In this document: one piece after another, positions 53,286-63,616 of the stretch
How the letters are laid out: each line of letters opens with the position of its first letter
Position numbering within the stretch: position 1 is the first letter of the stretch
Origin: Bdellovibrionales bacterium
GTDB lineage: Bacteria; Bdellovibrionota; Bdellovibrionia; Bdellovibrionales; JAUICD01
Length of the DNA: 64,000 nucleotides
Assembly (NCBI GenBank): GCA_965203275.1
Contig: OZ241865.1
Location: 1,792,001-1,856,000 of the forward strand
Direction of reading: 5' to 3'
Notes under the pieces: model-generated
Database searches by the model: none
The model's input: the letters and a program-made list of their open reading frames with translations, nothing else
Told to the model about the DNA's origin: nothing
Made by a program: the position numbers and the translations under genes

Positions 53286-54338
53286 ATGTCAAATGTTAAT
53301 CATTTTATTTCACCAAATGTTGCCCTTACTGCTTTAGGAATGAGAAAGATCCCATCACCAAAGATTTTGTATAAATCCAATATAATGAAATCTTTATTAA
53401 AAATGACTCGGAGAATAGCTTCTTCTAATGCTAGTATTTTAGTTTTAGGAGAAAGTGGAACAGGTAAGGAGCTTATTGCAAAGCACATACATGAAACATC
53501 TCCAAGAGCAAATAAACCTTTTGTGGCTATTAACTGTAGTGCTTTAAGAGAGTCACTTTTAGAAAGTGAACTTTTTGGCCATGAAAAAGGTGCTTTTACA
53601 GGTGCTTATTTTCAAAAGATTGGTTTGGCAGAAGTTGCTAATGGTGGAACTTTGTTTCTAGATGAAATTGGTGAGCTGTCTTTAAATATTCAAGCTAAAC
53701 TTTTAAGATTTATTCAAGAAGGCGAAATTTACAGAGTAGGCGGTAAAAAACCCATTAAAGTTAATATTAGGTTAGTAAGTGCTACCAATAAAGATTTAGA
53801 AAAAGAAGTTCTTAAAGGTCATTTTAGAGAAGACCTTTTTTATCGGATCAATACTATTATGATGGATGTTCCGCCTCTTAGAAGACGACGAGAAGATATT
53901 CCTCTTTTAGTTAATCACTTTTTATCTCAAGAGAATACTCCTACAAATAGAGATCAAGAGAGAAGTACCCCAACACTGAGAAGAAATATGAGTAAGGAAG
54001 GTATGGATATTTTGGTAAAGTATGATTGGCCAGGTAATGTAAGAGAGCTACAAAATATTTGTAAGAGATTACAAATTTTATCGGAGTCTCATATAATTAA
54101 ACCCAAAGACTTACCAGATTATATTTTAAACCCTGATAGACAGATGATTGTGAAGGACTATGACCCTACTGTGACAATCCATGAGCTTGAAAAGCGATAC
54201 ACTTTAAAGGCTCTTGAATATTTTGAAGGTAATAAAACTAAAACAGCCACTGCCTTAGGTATTACCATCAAAACTCTCTACAACAGATTGTATGTGTATA
54301 ATGAATCAAAGAGAACTAAAGAAACCTCTACTGTTTAG
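53286..54338 (+). CDS. Sigma54-dependent activator (AAA+ and HTH) lacking a receiver domain
   Basis: GESGTGKE, GAFTGA, WPGNVREL, Fis-type HTH. Confidence 0.93.
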   Translation: MSNVNHFISPNVALTALGMRKIPSPKILYKSNIMKSLLKMTRRIASSNASILVLGESGTGKELIAKHIHETSPRANKPFVAINCSALRESLLESELFGHEKGAFTGAYFQKIGLAEVANGGTLFLDEIGELSLNIQAKLLRFIQEGEIYRVGGKKPIKVNIRLVSATNKDLEKEVLKGHFREDLFYRINTIMMDVPPLRRRREDIPLLVNHFLSQENTPTNRDQERSTPTLRRNMSKEGMDILVKYDWPGNVRELQNICKRLQILSESHIIKPKDLPDYILNPDRQMIVKDYDPTVTIHELEKRYTLKALEYFEGNKTKTATALGITIKTLYNRLYVYNESKRTKETSTV

Positions 54339-54481
54339 AAGGATACACATATTTGAGTGAAAACAGAAGGTGGAAAAGCCAATCTAGGTTAGGACAATTT
54401 TGGGGGAGACCAGCTTTTCCACCTCATTTAATTTTTATATTTTCAAAGTCATTCTTTGATGATTTCTTGTTTTATCTTAAA

Positions 54482-55078
54482 TTAATTATAAGAAAACCCT
54501 TTAAAATCCAAAGAAACTATACCATCATCTTCACTTAAAAGCATAATAGCCTTACCAACAGATTGCTTTTGAGCGTTTTTTAAAACAAAAATTTCAGAGT
54601 TTCTATCGCCTATTTTCACTTCTACGCTTTTTTCTGCATGTTGAAAAGGAATAGACCAAAGAGACCGATGTTCTTTTAAAAACTCCACTTTATTTTTAAC
54701 TTTCTTTAATTGTGTTGGATAATCACCAGATTGTACTTTTAACTGGTAAATACCATTTTTATTATGAGTGATTTTGTATTGTCCATTGAGGACTCCAAAT
54801 TGGAACTGTTCTATCTGTGAAGGCTTTCTTCCAATTTGAGATAAACGCTCATGACTTGCTAATCTTTTCAAAAGCATATAATCATTCTTCTGAGATTTCT
54901 TTGCAGATATTTCTAAGGGTTGAATAGAAGCAATAAAACGATCATCTACCTGCTTTGTAGAAATCAAAGGTTGAAGGATTGAATTAATCAATGGCACTGC
55001 TAATAAGATAAGAACCAAGCTACTTAGTATTAAAATATCTTTCTTTTTATATTGTCTTTGCACAGAAAACCTCCTCAA
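54482..55078 (-). CDS. Hypothetical membrane-anchored protein
   Basis: N-terminal TM; upstream sigma54-like site. Confidence 0.7.
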   Translation of the reverse strand: MRRFSVQRQYKKKDILILSSLVLILLAVPLINSILQPLISTKQVDDRFIASIQPLEISAKKSQKNDYMLLKRLASHERLSQIGRKPSQIEQFQFGVLNGQYKITHNKNGIYQLKVQSGDYPTQLKKVKNKVEFLKEHRSLWSIPFQHAEKSVEVKIGDRNSEIFVLKNAQKQSVGKAIMLLSEDDGIVSLDFKGFSYN

Positions 55079-55110
55079 TGTTATTTTTTTACCCTTATAT
55101 TTATTCTTCT

Positions 55111-55126
55111 TGCTAATATCATGCCA
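55111..55126 (-). promoter_or_regulatory. Sigma54 -24/-12 promoter
   Basis: TGGCATGATATTAGCA on the minus strand. Confidence 0.55.
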
Positions 55127-55169
55127 AGTGAAATGCTGTTTTTATCCCATTTCAGTGTCTATAAATTAT

Positions 55170-56081
55170 TCACTTGTTAAAAGTTTTGCTTTTTAAGGAT
55201 GGTATAGTCCAATAAATTAAAAGAGTCCAAAGAGTATGAGTCCATGTCAGATGGATTAATTTCATAAAAGGAGGGGAAAGCATTAACAGATTGACCCATC
55301 CTATGACAAAGCCCAAAACATAAAATAACATTAAGTAATGAATTTTTGTTTCACTTTTAAATAAAGCAAGTAGAAATAAACTTGTACTTACATAGATTAT
55401 TGCAAAAATAGGATGGATTATTCGCAATTGCAATAGCCAGTGAGTTCCTTTTTGAAAATCCAATGCAAGGCCTTCTATTAATGAGGTAGAGGGGAAAAGC
55501 GTTGAAGAAAGTGCTGCTATTGCACCTGTGATAGCTAATACTAAGAAACCTATTTGTAAAATCAGAATTTTAATATTTGTATATGCTGTTTTGTTTATAA
55601 AAGGTTGAGATGATTTGAAAGATAAAGCTAAACTTCCTGTTAAAAGCAGACTATTGATTTGATGAATAGACATCACAGTTAATCTTTGGAAGCTTGTGAC
55701 TTCACCCACCAATCCTGAGAGAACTAATTTTGCACCAATGAGAGCTTCTGTAAAGGTAAAGAAAAGAGTCCACAGGCTGGCTTTTCTTATTTTGTGACCG
55801 GGAGGGAAAATCCGAAAGGCCATGATGACTAACAATAGCACAGCTAAGCTAAAAATGCCTGTTGAGGTACGATGAGCAAGCTCTATCCAGGTGGCTATAT
55901 CTGCTTGCTGTGGTAAAATTGTCCCTTGACATAGTGGCCAGCTTTGACCACATCCATCGCCTGACTTTGAGATGCGGACCCAAGCTCCCCACAAGATAAC
56001 AACAAGGGTATAAACCCAAAGTCCTTGAGCATAACGAAAATATGTGTTTTGAGATAAATTTGACTTTGATATTTTAAACAT
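55170..56081 (-). CDS. ctaA: Heme A synthase COX15/CtaA family
   Basis: GAWVR..SGDGC..WPLC, IELAHR, conserved His residues. Confidence 0.85.
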   Translation of the reverse strand: MFKISKSNLSQNTYFRYAQGLWVYTLVVILWGAWVRISKSGDGCGQSWPLCQGTILPQQADIATWIELAHRTSTGIFSLAVLLLVIMAFRIFPPGHKIRKASLWTLFFTFTEALIGAKLVLSGLVGEVTSFQRLTVMSIHQINSLLLTGSLALSFKSSQPFINKTAYTNIKILILQIGFLVLAITGAIAALSSTLFPSTSLIEGLALDFQKGTHWLLQLRIIHPIFAIIYVSTSLFLLALFKSETKIHYLMLFYVLGFVIGWVNLLMLSPPFMKLIHLTWTHTLWTLLIYWTIPSLKSKTFNK

Positions 56082-56172
56082 GAGATTTCTTTTTCATTTG
56101 TCGCAAGATCATAAAGTTATAATACTAATGGCACGATACTAATGGCACGATAAAATAAAATGGTCAATGTAT

Positions 56173-57009
56173 TTAGATAGGATATCTATTAATTAATCGA
56201 CGTATGCGGTTTTCTACACTGGGCAAGTAATGAAAATAACGTTGAACTGTATCTTGATCTAAAGGATTGACGATAAAAAGATGTGCTGTAGAAGGAGGAA
56301 CTACGATAGGTTTTGTTTGAGCATAAGAATGCAATTTCCAAAGAGCTTGTGCTAAATGCTGAGGATCTCCACAAACTTGCTGAGCAAATTGATCTGCTTC
56401 ATAGTCACTTTGTATATTGATCATCTTCTTTAAACACATTGTAGCTAAAGGCATCAAAAGATAAGTACACATTCCTTGCTGAAAGGGTTGTTTTTTCCTT
56501 AAAATAAAGGCTATGCACTGATCTAAATAATGTCCTAAAAAAAGAAAAGCATTCATTATAACACTGCCAACTCCAAAAGCCAGAGTGTCTAGCTTTTTAA
56601 TATGAAATATTTCATGGGCTAGCACAGCTTTGAGTTGATGGGGCGTTAGAATTTGAGCCAGACTTTTAGAGATCACAATATAACTCTTAAATTGACCAAC
56701 AGAAAAGGCCGTAGGGGTAGATAAAGAAGTAATAAGTATATCTGGTGAGGGAATAGATGCTTGATCAGCAAGCTCTCTGACTGTTTGATGGATCTTCCAA
56801 GGGTCGAACCCTTCCATCTTTTGAGTTGAGAATAAATGCCGTAATTTTTGATCGCTATATAAATATATGTACACATTCCATGTCACAACCACAGCAAAGG
56901 CAACAAGTAATCCTTGGCGATCATAGATGATATAGCCAAGCAACAAGATGACAGCAGAAACACACAATAAAAACAAAAATATCTTTACTATATTATAAGT
57001 CATATTCAA
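56173..57009 (-). CDS. htpX: HtpX-like M48 zinc metalloprotease
   Basis: AVLAHEIFH, EAD, LAQALWKL, AHLFIVNP. Confidence 0.8.
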   Translation of the reverse strand: MNMTYNIVKIFLFLLCVSAVILLLGYIIYDRQGLLVAFAVVVTWNVYIYLYSDQKLRHLFSTQKMEGFDPWKIHQTVRELADQASIPSPDILITSLSTPTAFSVGQFKSYIVISKSLAQILTPHQLKAVLAHEIFHIKKLDTLAFGVGSVIMNAFLFLGHYLDQCIAFILRKKQPFQQGMCTYLLMPLATMCLKKMINIQSDYEADQFAQQVCGDPQHLAQALWKLHSYAQTKPIVVPPSTAHLFIVNPLDQDTVQRYFHYLPSVENRIRRLINRYPI

Positions 57010-57011
57010 GA

Positions 57012-58754
57012 TTACCGATCTAGCTCTCCTGCAATGACATTCATGCTTCCGAGAATAGCAACCACATCAGATAAAAGCCGATTTTCAATAGCTTTAGCAA
57101 AAGACTGATAAATAGCAAAGCAGGGAGGGCGAACCTTTAACCGATAAGGTTTTGGCTCTCCGTTACTTATAAGATAAAAACCTAACTCTCCATTGGCAGC
57201 TTCTGTTGCATCATAAATTTCTCCTTGAGGAGGCTTTAAGCCTTTGATCACTAGCATAAAATGATTCATTAAACCTTCAATATTACCATATACATCTTTT
57301 TTATCAGGTAAAACAATTTGTTTATCACGAATGGTAAAATCACCTTCAGGGATATTTTCGACGACTTGTCTGATGATCTTCATAGATTGTCTCATTTCTT
57401 CTAATCTTACTAAATAGCGATCATACACATCGCCCGAAGTTCCTACTGGTACATCAAAGTTTAGTTGGTCATAACCATAATAACTAGTAGCTTTTCTAAG
57501 GTCTAAACCCACACCTGTTGCACGCAAGCAAGGTCCTGTGTATCCATAAGCAATGGCTTCTTCTGCGGAGATACAGCCTACATTTTTGGTTCTTTCAACC
57601 CAGATTTTGTTATGAGTTAAAAGCTTGTCGATCTCATTAACTCCCTTTTCAATTTTATTAAGAGTTTCTAACACATCGTCGAACCATCCTGGAGGAGGGT
57701 CATTGGCCATGCCACCCACACGAGTCATAGAAACAGTCAATCTTGCACCGCAGAGCTTTTCAAAAAGGCTATACACCATCTCTCTCATATTAAATAAGTA
57801 AAAGAAGCTTGTCATAGCTCCTAAGTCCACAGCATTTGCACCAATGCAGACACAATGATCAATAATACGACTTAACTCACATAAAACAATACGAATAGCT
57901 TGAGCTTTTGGAGGAATTTCTATGTCCAGTAATCGTTCTACAGTTTTACAATAACCTACATTGTTCATAGGAGCAGAGCAGTAATTTAATCTATCTGTAT
58001 AAGGAATGACTTGATTGTAATGATGTGTTTCTGCCATTTTTTCAAAGCAACGATGCAGAAAGCCAATCTCTACATTAGCTCGATGAATGGTTTCACCATC
58101 TAACTCAGCCATAATTCTGAGTGTTCCATGAGTGGCAGGATGAGAAGGTCCAATATTTAAAGATACAAGATTTTTATTAGGATCCTTCTCATAAGTCATG
58201 TCGTTTTCAAAATGCAAATCTTTAACAGAATAACAATGTTGTTGCTGATCTGATCTATAATCCTTACGTAAAGGATGCCCTTGGAATTCATGGTGTGTCA
58301 GTAATCTTTGCAAGTAAGGATGCCCTTCAAATATGATGCCAAACATATCATAAGCTTCTCTCTCGAACCAATTAGCTCCTTTCCATAAAGGAGTGATAGA
58401 TTTAATCTTTAAAGAAGGTGGTAATTTTGTTTTAAGCCTTAAGCGTTGGAAGGTTTTAGATGAGAAAAAATGATAGGCTACCCATAAACGATTTTCTTTA
58501 GTAAAGTCTTTAGCATTTGTATCAACAAGTTTATTTTGAGGAGATAGATCTTTTAAAGGGTAGGTTAAATAATCTATTCCACAGACATCCATTAAAAAGT
58601 CATATATTTGTGTTTGCTTTAAATATTTGACGAAGTTATAGACTTGATCTGATGGGATATTTATAACATCATCGCCATATTCTGTGTAAAATTGAAATAG
58701 AGAAACATCAAATGAAGTGGCTAACTTTTGTTTTATTTGCTCTAAGTGCTTCAT
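57012..58754 (-). CDS. nuoCD: NADH-quinone oxidoreductase fused subunit C/D
   Basis: ERE.YDMFG, GHPLRKDY, NIGPSHPATHG, GELDR. Confidence 0.95.
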   Translation of the reverse strand: MKHLEQIKQKLATSFDVSLFQFYTEYGDDVINIPSDQVYNFVKYLKQTQIYDFLMDVCGIDYLTYPLKDLSPQNKLVDTNAKDFTKENRLWVAYHFFSSKTFQRLRLKTKLPPSLKIKSITPLWKGANWFEREAYDMFGIIFEGHPYLQRLLTHHEFQGHPLRKDYRSDQQQHCYSVKDLHFENDMTYEKDPNKNLVSLNIGPSHPATHGTLRIMAELDGETIHRANVEIGFLHRCFEKMAETHHYNQVIPYTDRLNYCSAPMNNVGYCKTVERLLDIEIPPKAQAIRIVLCELSRIIDHCVCIGANAVDLGAMTSFFYLFNMREMVYSLFEKLCGARLTVSMTRVGGMANDPPPGWFDDVLETLNKIEKGVNEIDKLLTHNKIWVERTKNVGCISAEEAIAYGYTGPCLRATGVGLDLRKATSYYGYDQLNFDVPVGTSGDVYDRYLVRLEEMRQSMKIIRQVVENIPEGDFTIRDKQIVLPDKKDVYGNIEGLMNHFMLVIKGLKPPQGEIYDATEAANGELGFYLISNGEPKPYRLKVRPPCFAIYQSFAKAIENRLLSDVVAILGSMNVIAGELDR

Positions 58755-58767
58755 TTAATATTCCTAT

Positions 58768-59337
58768 CTAAGCTGCTGGAGGTGACTTTGTAGATGGAGA
58801 TTTGTTCCAGTTGTTTTTCCAGTGATCCTTCCATGGACGAGGCTGGCCTGAGGCAATCATTTTTTGCAAAACCATTAAGCCATCTAGTACAGCTTCAGGT
58901 GTTGGTGGACAACCAGGAACATACACATCAACAGGGATGACTTTGTCTATTCCTTGGAGAACATGGTAAGCTCTGTAAAAACCGCCAGAACTAGCACAAG
59001 CACCCATAGAGAGAACGTATTTAGGTTCTAACATTTGTTGATAGATATGGATGAGTACGGGAGCCATTTTCTCTGTGATGGTACCTGCTACTAAGAGTAA
59101 ATCTGATTGTCGAGGAGAAAACCGCACCACCTCTGCACCAAAACGGGCCATGTCATATTTAGGGCCTAGAACAGACATGAGTTCAATTCCACAGCAGGCT
59201 GTACCATAAGGTAGGGGCCATAGAGAGTTCTTACGTCCCCAAGCCATTAATTTATCAAAACGGGTTGTAAAAGCTGCTGTCTCTAAAAGACCTTGTGTCT
59301 TCACGGAGCCAATTTTAACTTGAGGTTTATTATTCAT
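58768..59337 (-). CDS. nuoB: NADH-quinone oxidoreductase subunit B
   Basis: [24 protein letters not shown]. Confidence 0.96.
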   Translation of the reverse strand: MNNKPQVKIGSVKTQGLLETAAFTTRFDKLMAWGRKNSLWPLPYGTACCGIELMSVLGPKYDMARFGAEVVRFSPRQSDLLLVAGTITEKMAPVLIHIYQQMLEPKYVLSMGACASSGGFYRAYHVLQGIDKVIPVDVYVPGCPPTPEAVLDGLMVLQKMIASGQPRPWKDHWKNNWNKSPSTKSPPAA

Positions 59338-59517
59338 TATGACCTCTCACTTATTGTTCTTGCTTATGTGCTTGTTTTGCTTGCTTTGTATGTAATTTGT
59401 TTACAATTTGTTTGTCAGGGATGACTCTTACTTTTCTTATTATTTATTAGTTTATATAAATCACTGTGCATTTGTCAAGGTGTTATTTGCTATTTTCAAT
59501 ATTGGCAATATGGGCTT

Positions 59518-60792
59518 TTATGAAGGTTTAGACCTCAAGGCTTGAGATGGTGTTTTTTCCACAGTGAGGAAGGCAGGTAGCCAAGCTGACAGCAAAGAGA
59601 TCACAACAGACAATATCATAATCAAAGTAATCCCGATAAAGTCTAGCTTAACAGGAAGGCTTGTATCATAATAAATATCAGGCAACCGCAAGAGTGTAAA
59701 ATGATCTAAAAGAAGGCTTAAACCAATACCAATACTTAAACCACTACAAATCCCTAATCCTGCTAATCCACAACTGATACTCATCATTAAACGATGTGTT
59801 TTTTGAGGGGATAATCCTAAAGCCATTAACAAGCCCATATCTTGTCTTTTTTGTGTACCAAGTAAGATCAAAACAGTGATAATAGCAAAGTTACTAATTA
59901 AAAGACTTAAGCTTAAAAATATTACAATTAAGAACTTCTCCATCTTTAAAGAATAAAAAAGATGAGAGTTACGGCTAGCCCAGCTTTCTACAACAAAGTT
60001 TGAATCTGTTATGTCTAAATACTTTTTATAGTCATCTGGATCGTCTAGCCAAACTTCTATTCCTTTTTGCAAAGAAGCTGTTTGACCTAGAGCTGCCAAT
60101 GTCTTGCCTTTTTTGTAAAAGATACTTTGAGAGATAGTTTTTGAGTCTGTCATAGGAGTGTTGATTATGCCAATCACCTTGACTTGATCAAAAGGGGGTA
60201 TTTCTCCAGGTGGCAACAATAAAGACTCTGGAGCGATCACCACCACTTGATCTTCTTGAAAAATACCTAGACTTCTAGCTAAATCCATTCCCATAAAAAC
60301 TTCATCATCACGAATTTCAATATCTTCTTCTTGTGGTTCTTGTAGCTCTTGTGGTTCTTGTGAAGTCATACCTTGGTTTTCAATTCTCTGTAGTAGCTTC
60401 TTTAGAGGGGCTGAGTCCATGCCCTTAGCTATTGCTCCTTCATAGAATCCATCAGCTGTTCTGATTAAGACATCTTGTTGTTCAAAAATGTAGCCTTCTG
60501 CATCAGGTGGCAGAGCTTTTAATAGCTTTTCTTGTTGGGTTTGTGTGTTGTTTTGTGTGGGGTTTCGAGTGTGGTTTTGTTTAGGGCTTTGGAAGATTAA
60601 ATGAGGTTCTACGGCAAGTAATCTTTGCTTGGTATTCTCGCCTAAGCCGTTCATTATACTTAAAACGACTACCATGGATGTAATGCCTAATGTGACACCT
60701 AGGAATCCAATCCAAGAAATAGTTCGAATAAGAGAACCAGCAGCTTTAGAGAATAAATATCGAAAGAAAAATGTTTTTATCATAAATGCCAT
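59518..60792 (-). CDS. Lipoprotein-releasing ABC permease, LolC/E family
   Basis: VLSIMNG, large periplasmic loop, LKMEK, IYY..SLP. Confidence 0.85.
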   Translation of the reverse strand: MAFMIKTFFFRYLFSKAAGSLIRTISWIGFLGVTLGITSMVVVLSIMNGLGENTKQRLLAVEPHLIFQSPKQNHTRNPTQNNTQTQQEKLLKALPPDAEGYIFEQQDVLIRTADGFYEGAIAKGMDSAPLKKLLQRIENQGMTSQEPQELQEPQEEDIEIRDDEVFMGMDLARSLGIFQEDQVVVIAPESLLLPPGEIPPFDQVKVIGIINTPMTDSKTISQSIFYKKGKTLAALGQTASLQKGIEVWLDDPDDYKKYLDITDSNFVVESWASRNSHLFYSLKMEKFLIVIFLSLSLLISNFAIITVLILLGTQKRQDMGLLMALGLSPQKTHRLMMSISCGLAGLGICSGLSIGIGLSLLLDHFTLLRLPDIYYDTSLPVKLDFIGITLIMILSVVISLLSAWLPAFLTVEKTPSQALRSKPS

Positions 60793-60931
60793 CTTATATT
60801 TTTTATAAGATTTTAAGTAAAAAGTAAAAATAAATAAGCAGAAGATATTTGCTTTCTTGACGTTGTTTTGGTTTTAGTGGGAGAGAGAAGATGTTCCTCA
60901 TCCCAAACCCCACCCGCCACCCTTCGATTGT

Positions 60932-61363
60932 TGTTTCACTCAAAATGAACTGGCCTCTGGCCACTTTTGGGTAGCCAGCCCGACGACTTTCGTCGTCGAT
61001 CAAAGGCTGGCTACCTCAAAAGCTTGTTCATTTTGAGTAGAGGAGGATCCTTTTATTCCTCTACACCATGTTAGGGAAACAAGATATACCTCTAAAATGT
61101 TTTTGGAAAGCAAGCTCAATGCAATAAAGGAACTTTTTCCTTAACATGGTGTTAAAAAGCAAGGAGATCCTTCCTACTAAAAGTGGTCAGGCTTTCTAGG
61201 CGATGACCATTTTGCCAATGGCGAAAGCCATTGCGGTCATTGCCAGAAAGTAGCCAGAGGCTAGACCACTTTTAGTGAAACAGCTTAGCCTTTGATCGAC
61301 GGCGGTAGCCGTCGGGCTGGCTATCCAAAAGTGACCAGAGGTCAGTTCACTTTGAGTGAAACA
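60932..61363. repeat. Composite modular repeat locus (H, J, spacer, J, H, truncated H)
   Basis: H ~60934-61040(+), ~61174-61280(-); partial H 61283-61361. Confidence 0.9.
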
Positions 61364-61512
61364 AACTATGTAAAGTTTACAAAACACTATATAACCTTTA
61401 CAACATGGATTGTTTTCGTTTGCAATCGTTTGTAATCTGTGCATAATAAGGCAAAAGGTATTACATTGAAGATTTTTTAATGATTAAAAGACTTAAAGAA
61501 AGGAGAAAAATT

Positions 61513-62430
61513 ATGAAACCATTAAGCATTATAATAATAACTATAACAACTTTATTTTTCAGTTCAACGGCTGTTTTAGCTCAAACAACTAACCTTTGTA
61601 ATATTGATTGGTATAGTTCTGCCAGTAGTAACGATATATCAAATGCTATTAGAAATGGTGCTAATGTTAATCAATCTTGCTCAAGTAGCTCATCGCCATT
61701 GTTGCTTGCCTTAGAATATGGCAGAGCTGATGTGGTCCTTGCATTGATACGGGCAGGTGCTAATTTGGATTATCAAGACCCTTACACTCGTCAAACACCC
61801 AATCAAGTGATCACTGACCAATGTGATAGGGGCCGGATCGATCGCAGTGTGTGCAATGAAGTCAGACGTGGATTTGAGGCAAGAGCCGAAGCTCAAAATA
61901 ACCTGTGTGACCCGCGTTGGTGGCAGTCATTCTATCGACAGAGTGACTCTCAAGCTAAAAGCCGTATGCAGGCTGTGATGCGTACGCCAGGCTTGGATGT
62001 TAATTATGATTGTGGTAGAGGTGATCGCCCTTTACATATTGCCTTACAGGATTCCTTAACTCCACTAACAATCGGAGTTGCTCGGGCTATAGTGATCTTT
62101 ATGCAGGAAGCTAAAAATTTAGATCGTTTTGTAAAGAATAGATCTGGCAGATCCATTATGGACCTGGCAGAAGTGAGATATGACCATCAAATAAGAGGTA
62201 ATTATCGTCGTCTTTTATCAAGACATTGCAGTAATCAGATAACAGTACAAGAATATAATCGACAATACAATCAAATTTATAGAAATGAAGCAGGCATATA
62301 TATATACATAAAAGGATATGGAAGTGATCAAGCGTATCAAGAAGCTAGAGCCAATTTTAATCAAGAACTTTTTGGTACCACTCAAACTGGTCCAAAAACT
62401 GATGAGCAACTTTGTTTAAAATATAGGTAA
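61513..62430 (+). CDS. Secreted ankyrin-repeat protein
   Basis: AGGAG RBS, signal peptide, GANVN..SPLLLAL..G...LIRAGANLD, GDRPLHIAL. Confidence 0.8.
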   Translation: MKPLSIIIITITTLFFSSTAVLAQTTNLCNIDWYSSASSNDISNAIRNGANVNQSCSSSSSPLLLALEYGRADVVLALIRAGANLDYQDPYTRQTPNQVITDQCDRGRIDRSVCNEVRRGFEARAEAQNNLCDPRWWQSFYRQSDSQAKSRMQAVMRTPGLDVNYDCGRGDRPLHIALQDSLTPLTIGVARAIVIFMQEAKNLDRFVKNRSGRSIMDLAEVRYDHQIRGNYRRLLSRHCSNQITVQEYNRQYNQIYRNEAGIYIYIKGYGSDQAYQEARANFNQELFGTTQTGPKTDEQLCLKYR

Positions 62431-62522
62431 AATGATTTTATATTTGAGCATATTAATTATCTAAAATATTGACAGTTTGATAAAAAGTAGACACTAAGAA
62501 GCAAATAAATGCCATTTAAACT

Positions 62523-62538
62523 TGGCATCCCCCTTGCA
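62523..62538 (+). promoter_or_regulatory. Sigma54 -24/-12 promoter
   Basis: TGGCATCCCCCTTGCA consensus match upstream of 62598. Confidence 0.7.
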
Positions 62539-62597
62539 GGTTTAAAAATAGGTGAGGTTTTATTTTATGTACTTTCAAATCAAAGGGGGATTGATTT

Positions 62598-63616
62598 GTG
62601 ATCAACAAAAGCTGTTTTTTAAGATATTCATTTTGTTATTCTAGTTTAATTATTTATATCGGCCTTATATTTGTCTTTATTCCTATACCAAGCTTAGCTG
62701 CTTGTGATGATGATCCTCTTTGTCTCCCTGATGGTTTAAAACCTCAGGGTGCAGGAGCGAGTGCCACAAATGCAACGCCAGAGACTGGTGCAGAACCTGC
62801 AACAAAAAAGGGCAGTAGATTTGGTATATATTCAATGGCTTGCACCACTATTCAAAGCACAGTCCTGAATTTAGCCTGCAATCAGAAGGCTTATGCATCG
62901 GCGACCAAACCCGTCACAGATCGCTTCGAACAGATGATGGCCAATAATAGCAATGGCAGTCAGAAGGACCAATGTCAATTGACGCAACAGATGAATGAAG
63001 TAACTAAAAAAATCAATCAATCCATCACAGGCAAATGCCATACGGCCATTCTCTCATGTAAAACCACTTGTGGTCTGGCCCTTAAAAATGCAAAAGTAGC
63101 CCACGCTGCTGCTATTGAACCTACGGCCAAAGCTATGTTCTGGGCAGAGATGACCGCTATTAGCAAGAGTATGACAAGCTGTGCTAGCAAATGGGCCAGC
63201 GTAAAGAAAACCAGCGATCTTCAGGTAGCTCGTAATACAGATGCCATTAAGCAAGCTAAAGACTGCGTAGATGGTTTGGGTGGATCCGGTGAGTTGAGCG
63301 ATTCTTCTAATTGCAATCAACTTCCACTAGCTCAAAAAAACCTCTGTCAAGAACTAGGTGAGGTGGCCTTCTGCAAACAACATCCAAAGATAGATTTTTG
63401 CCGTAGTTTGTCAGATAGCCTCTTTGCCGGCAAAACAGATACCCCCGGCCCTGGTCACACGAATGCCAATGCCATCGCCTCAAATCCCCTAAAACAAACC
63501 CTAACAGGGGGGGGGGGACGAAGGTCTAGGCAATTCATCGCAACAAGACTTAGCCACATCTGAAATATGTCAACAACATCCAGATAGCCCGCAGTGTAAG
63601 AGAGATGAGTGTAATT
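62598..63616 (+). pseudogene. Cys-rich exported protein, frameshifted at a G11 tract and interrupted by an IS
   Basis: ORF to 63563; the frame obtained with G10 continues DEGLGNSSQQDLATSEICQQHPDSPQC... up to the IS end. Confidence 0.65.

Noticed and set aside
56121..56150. Duplicated ATACTAATGGCACG as a sigma54 site
   Set aside because: No -12 TTGC element and wrong strand for the adjacent gene; probably a simple slippage duplication.
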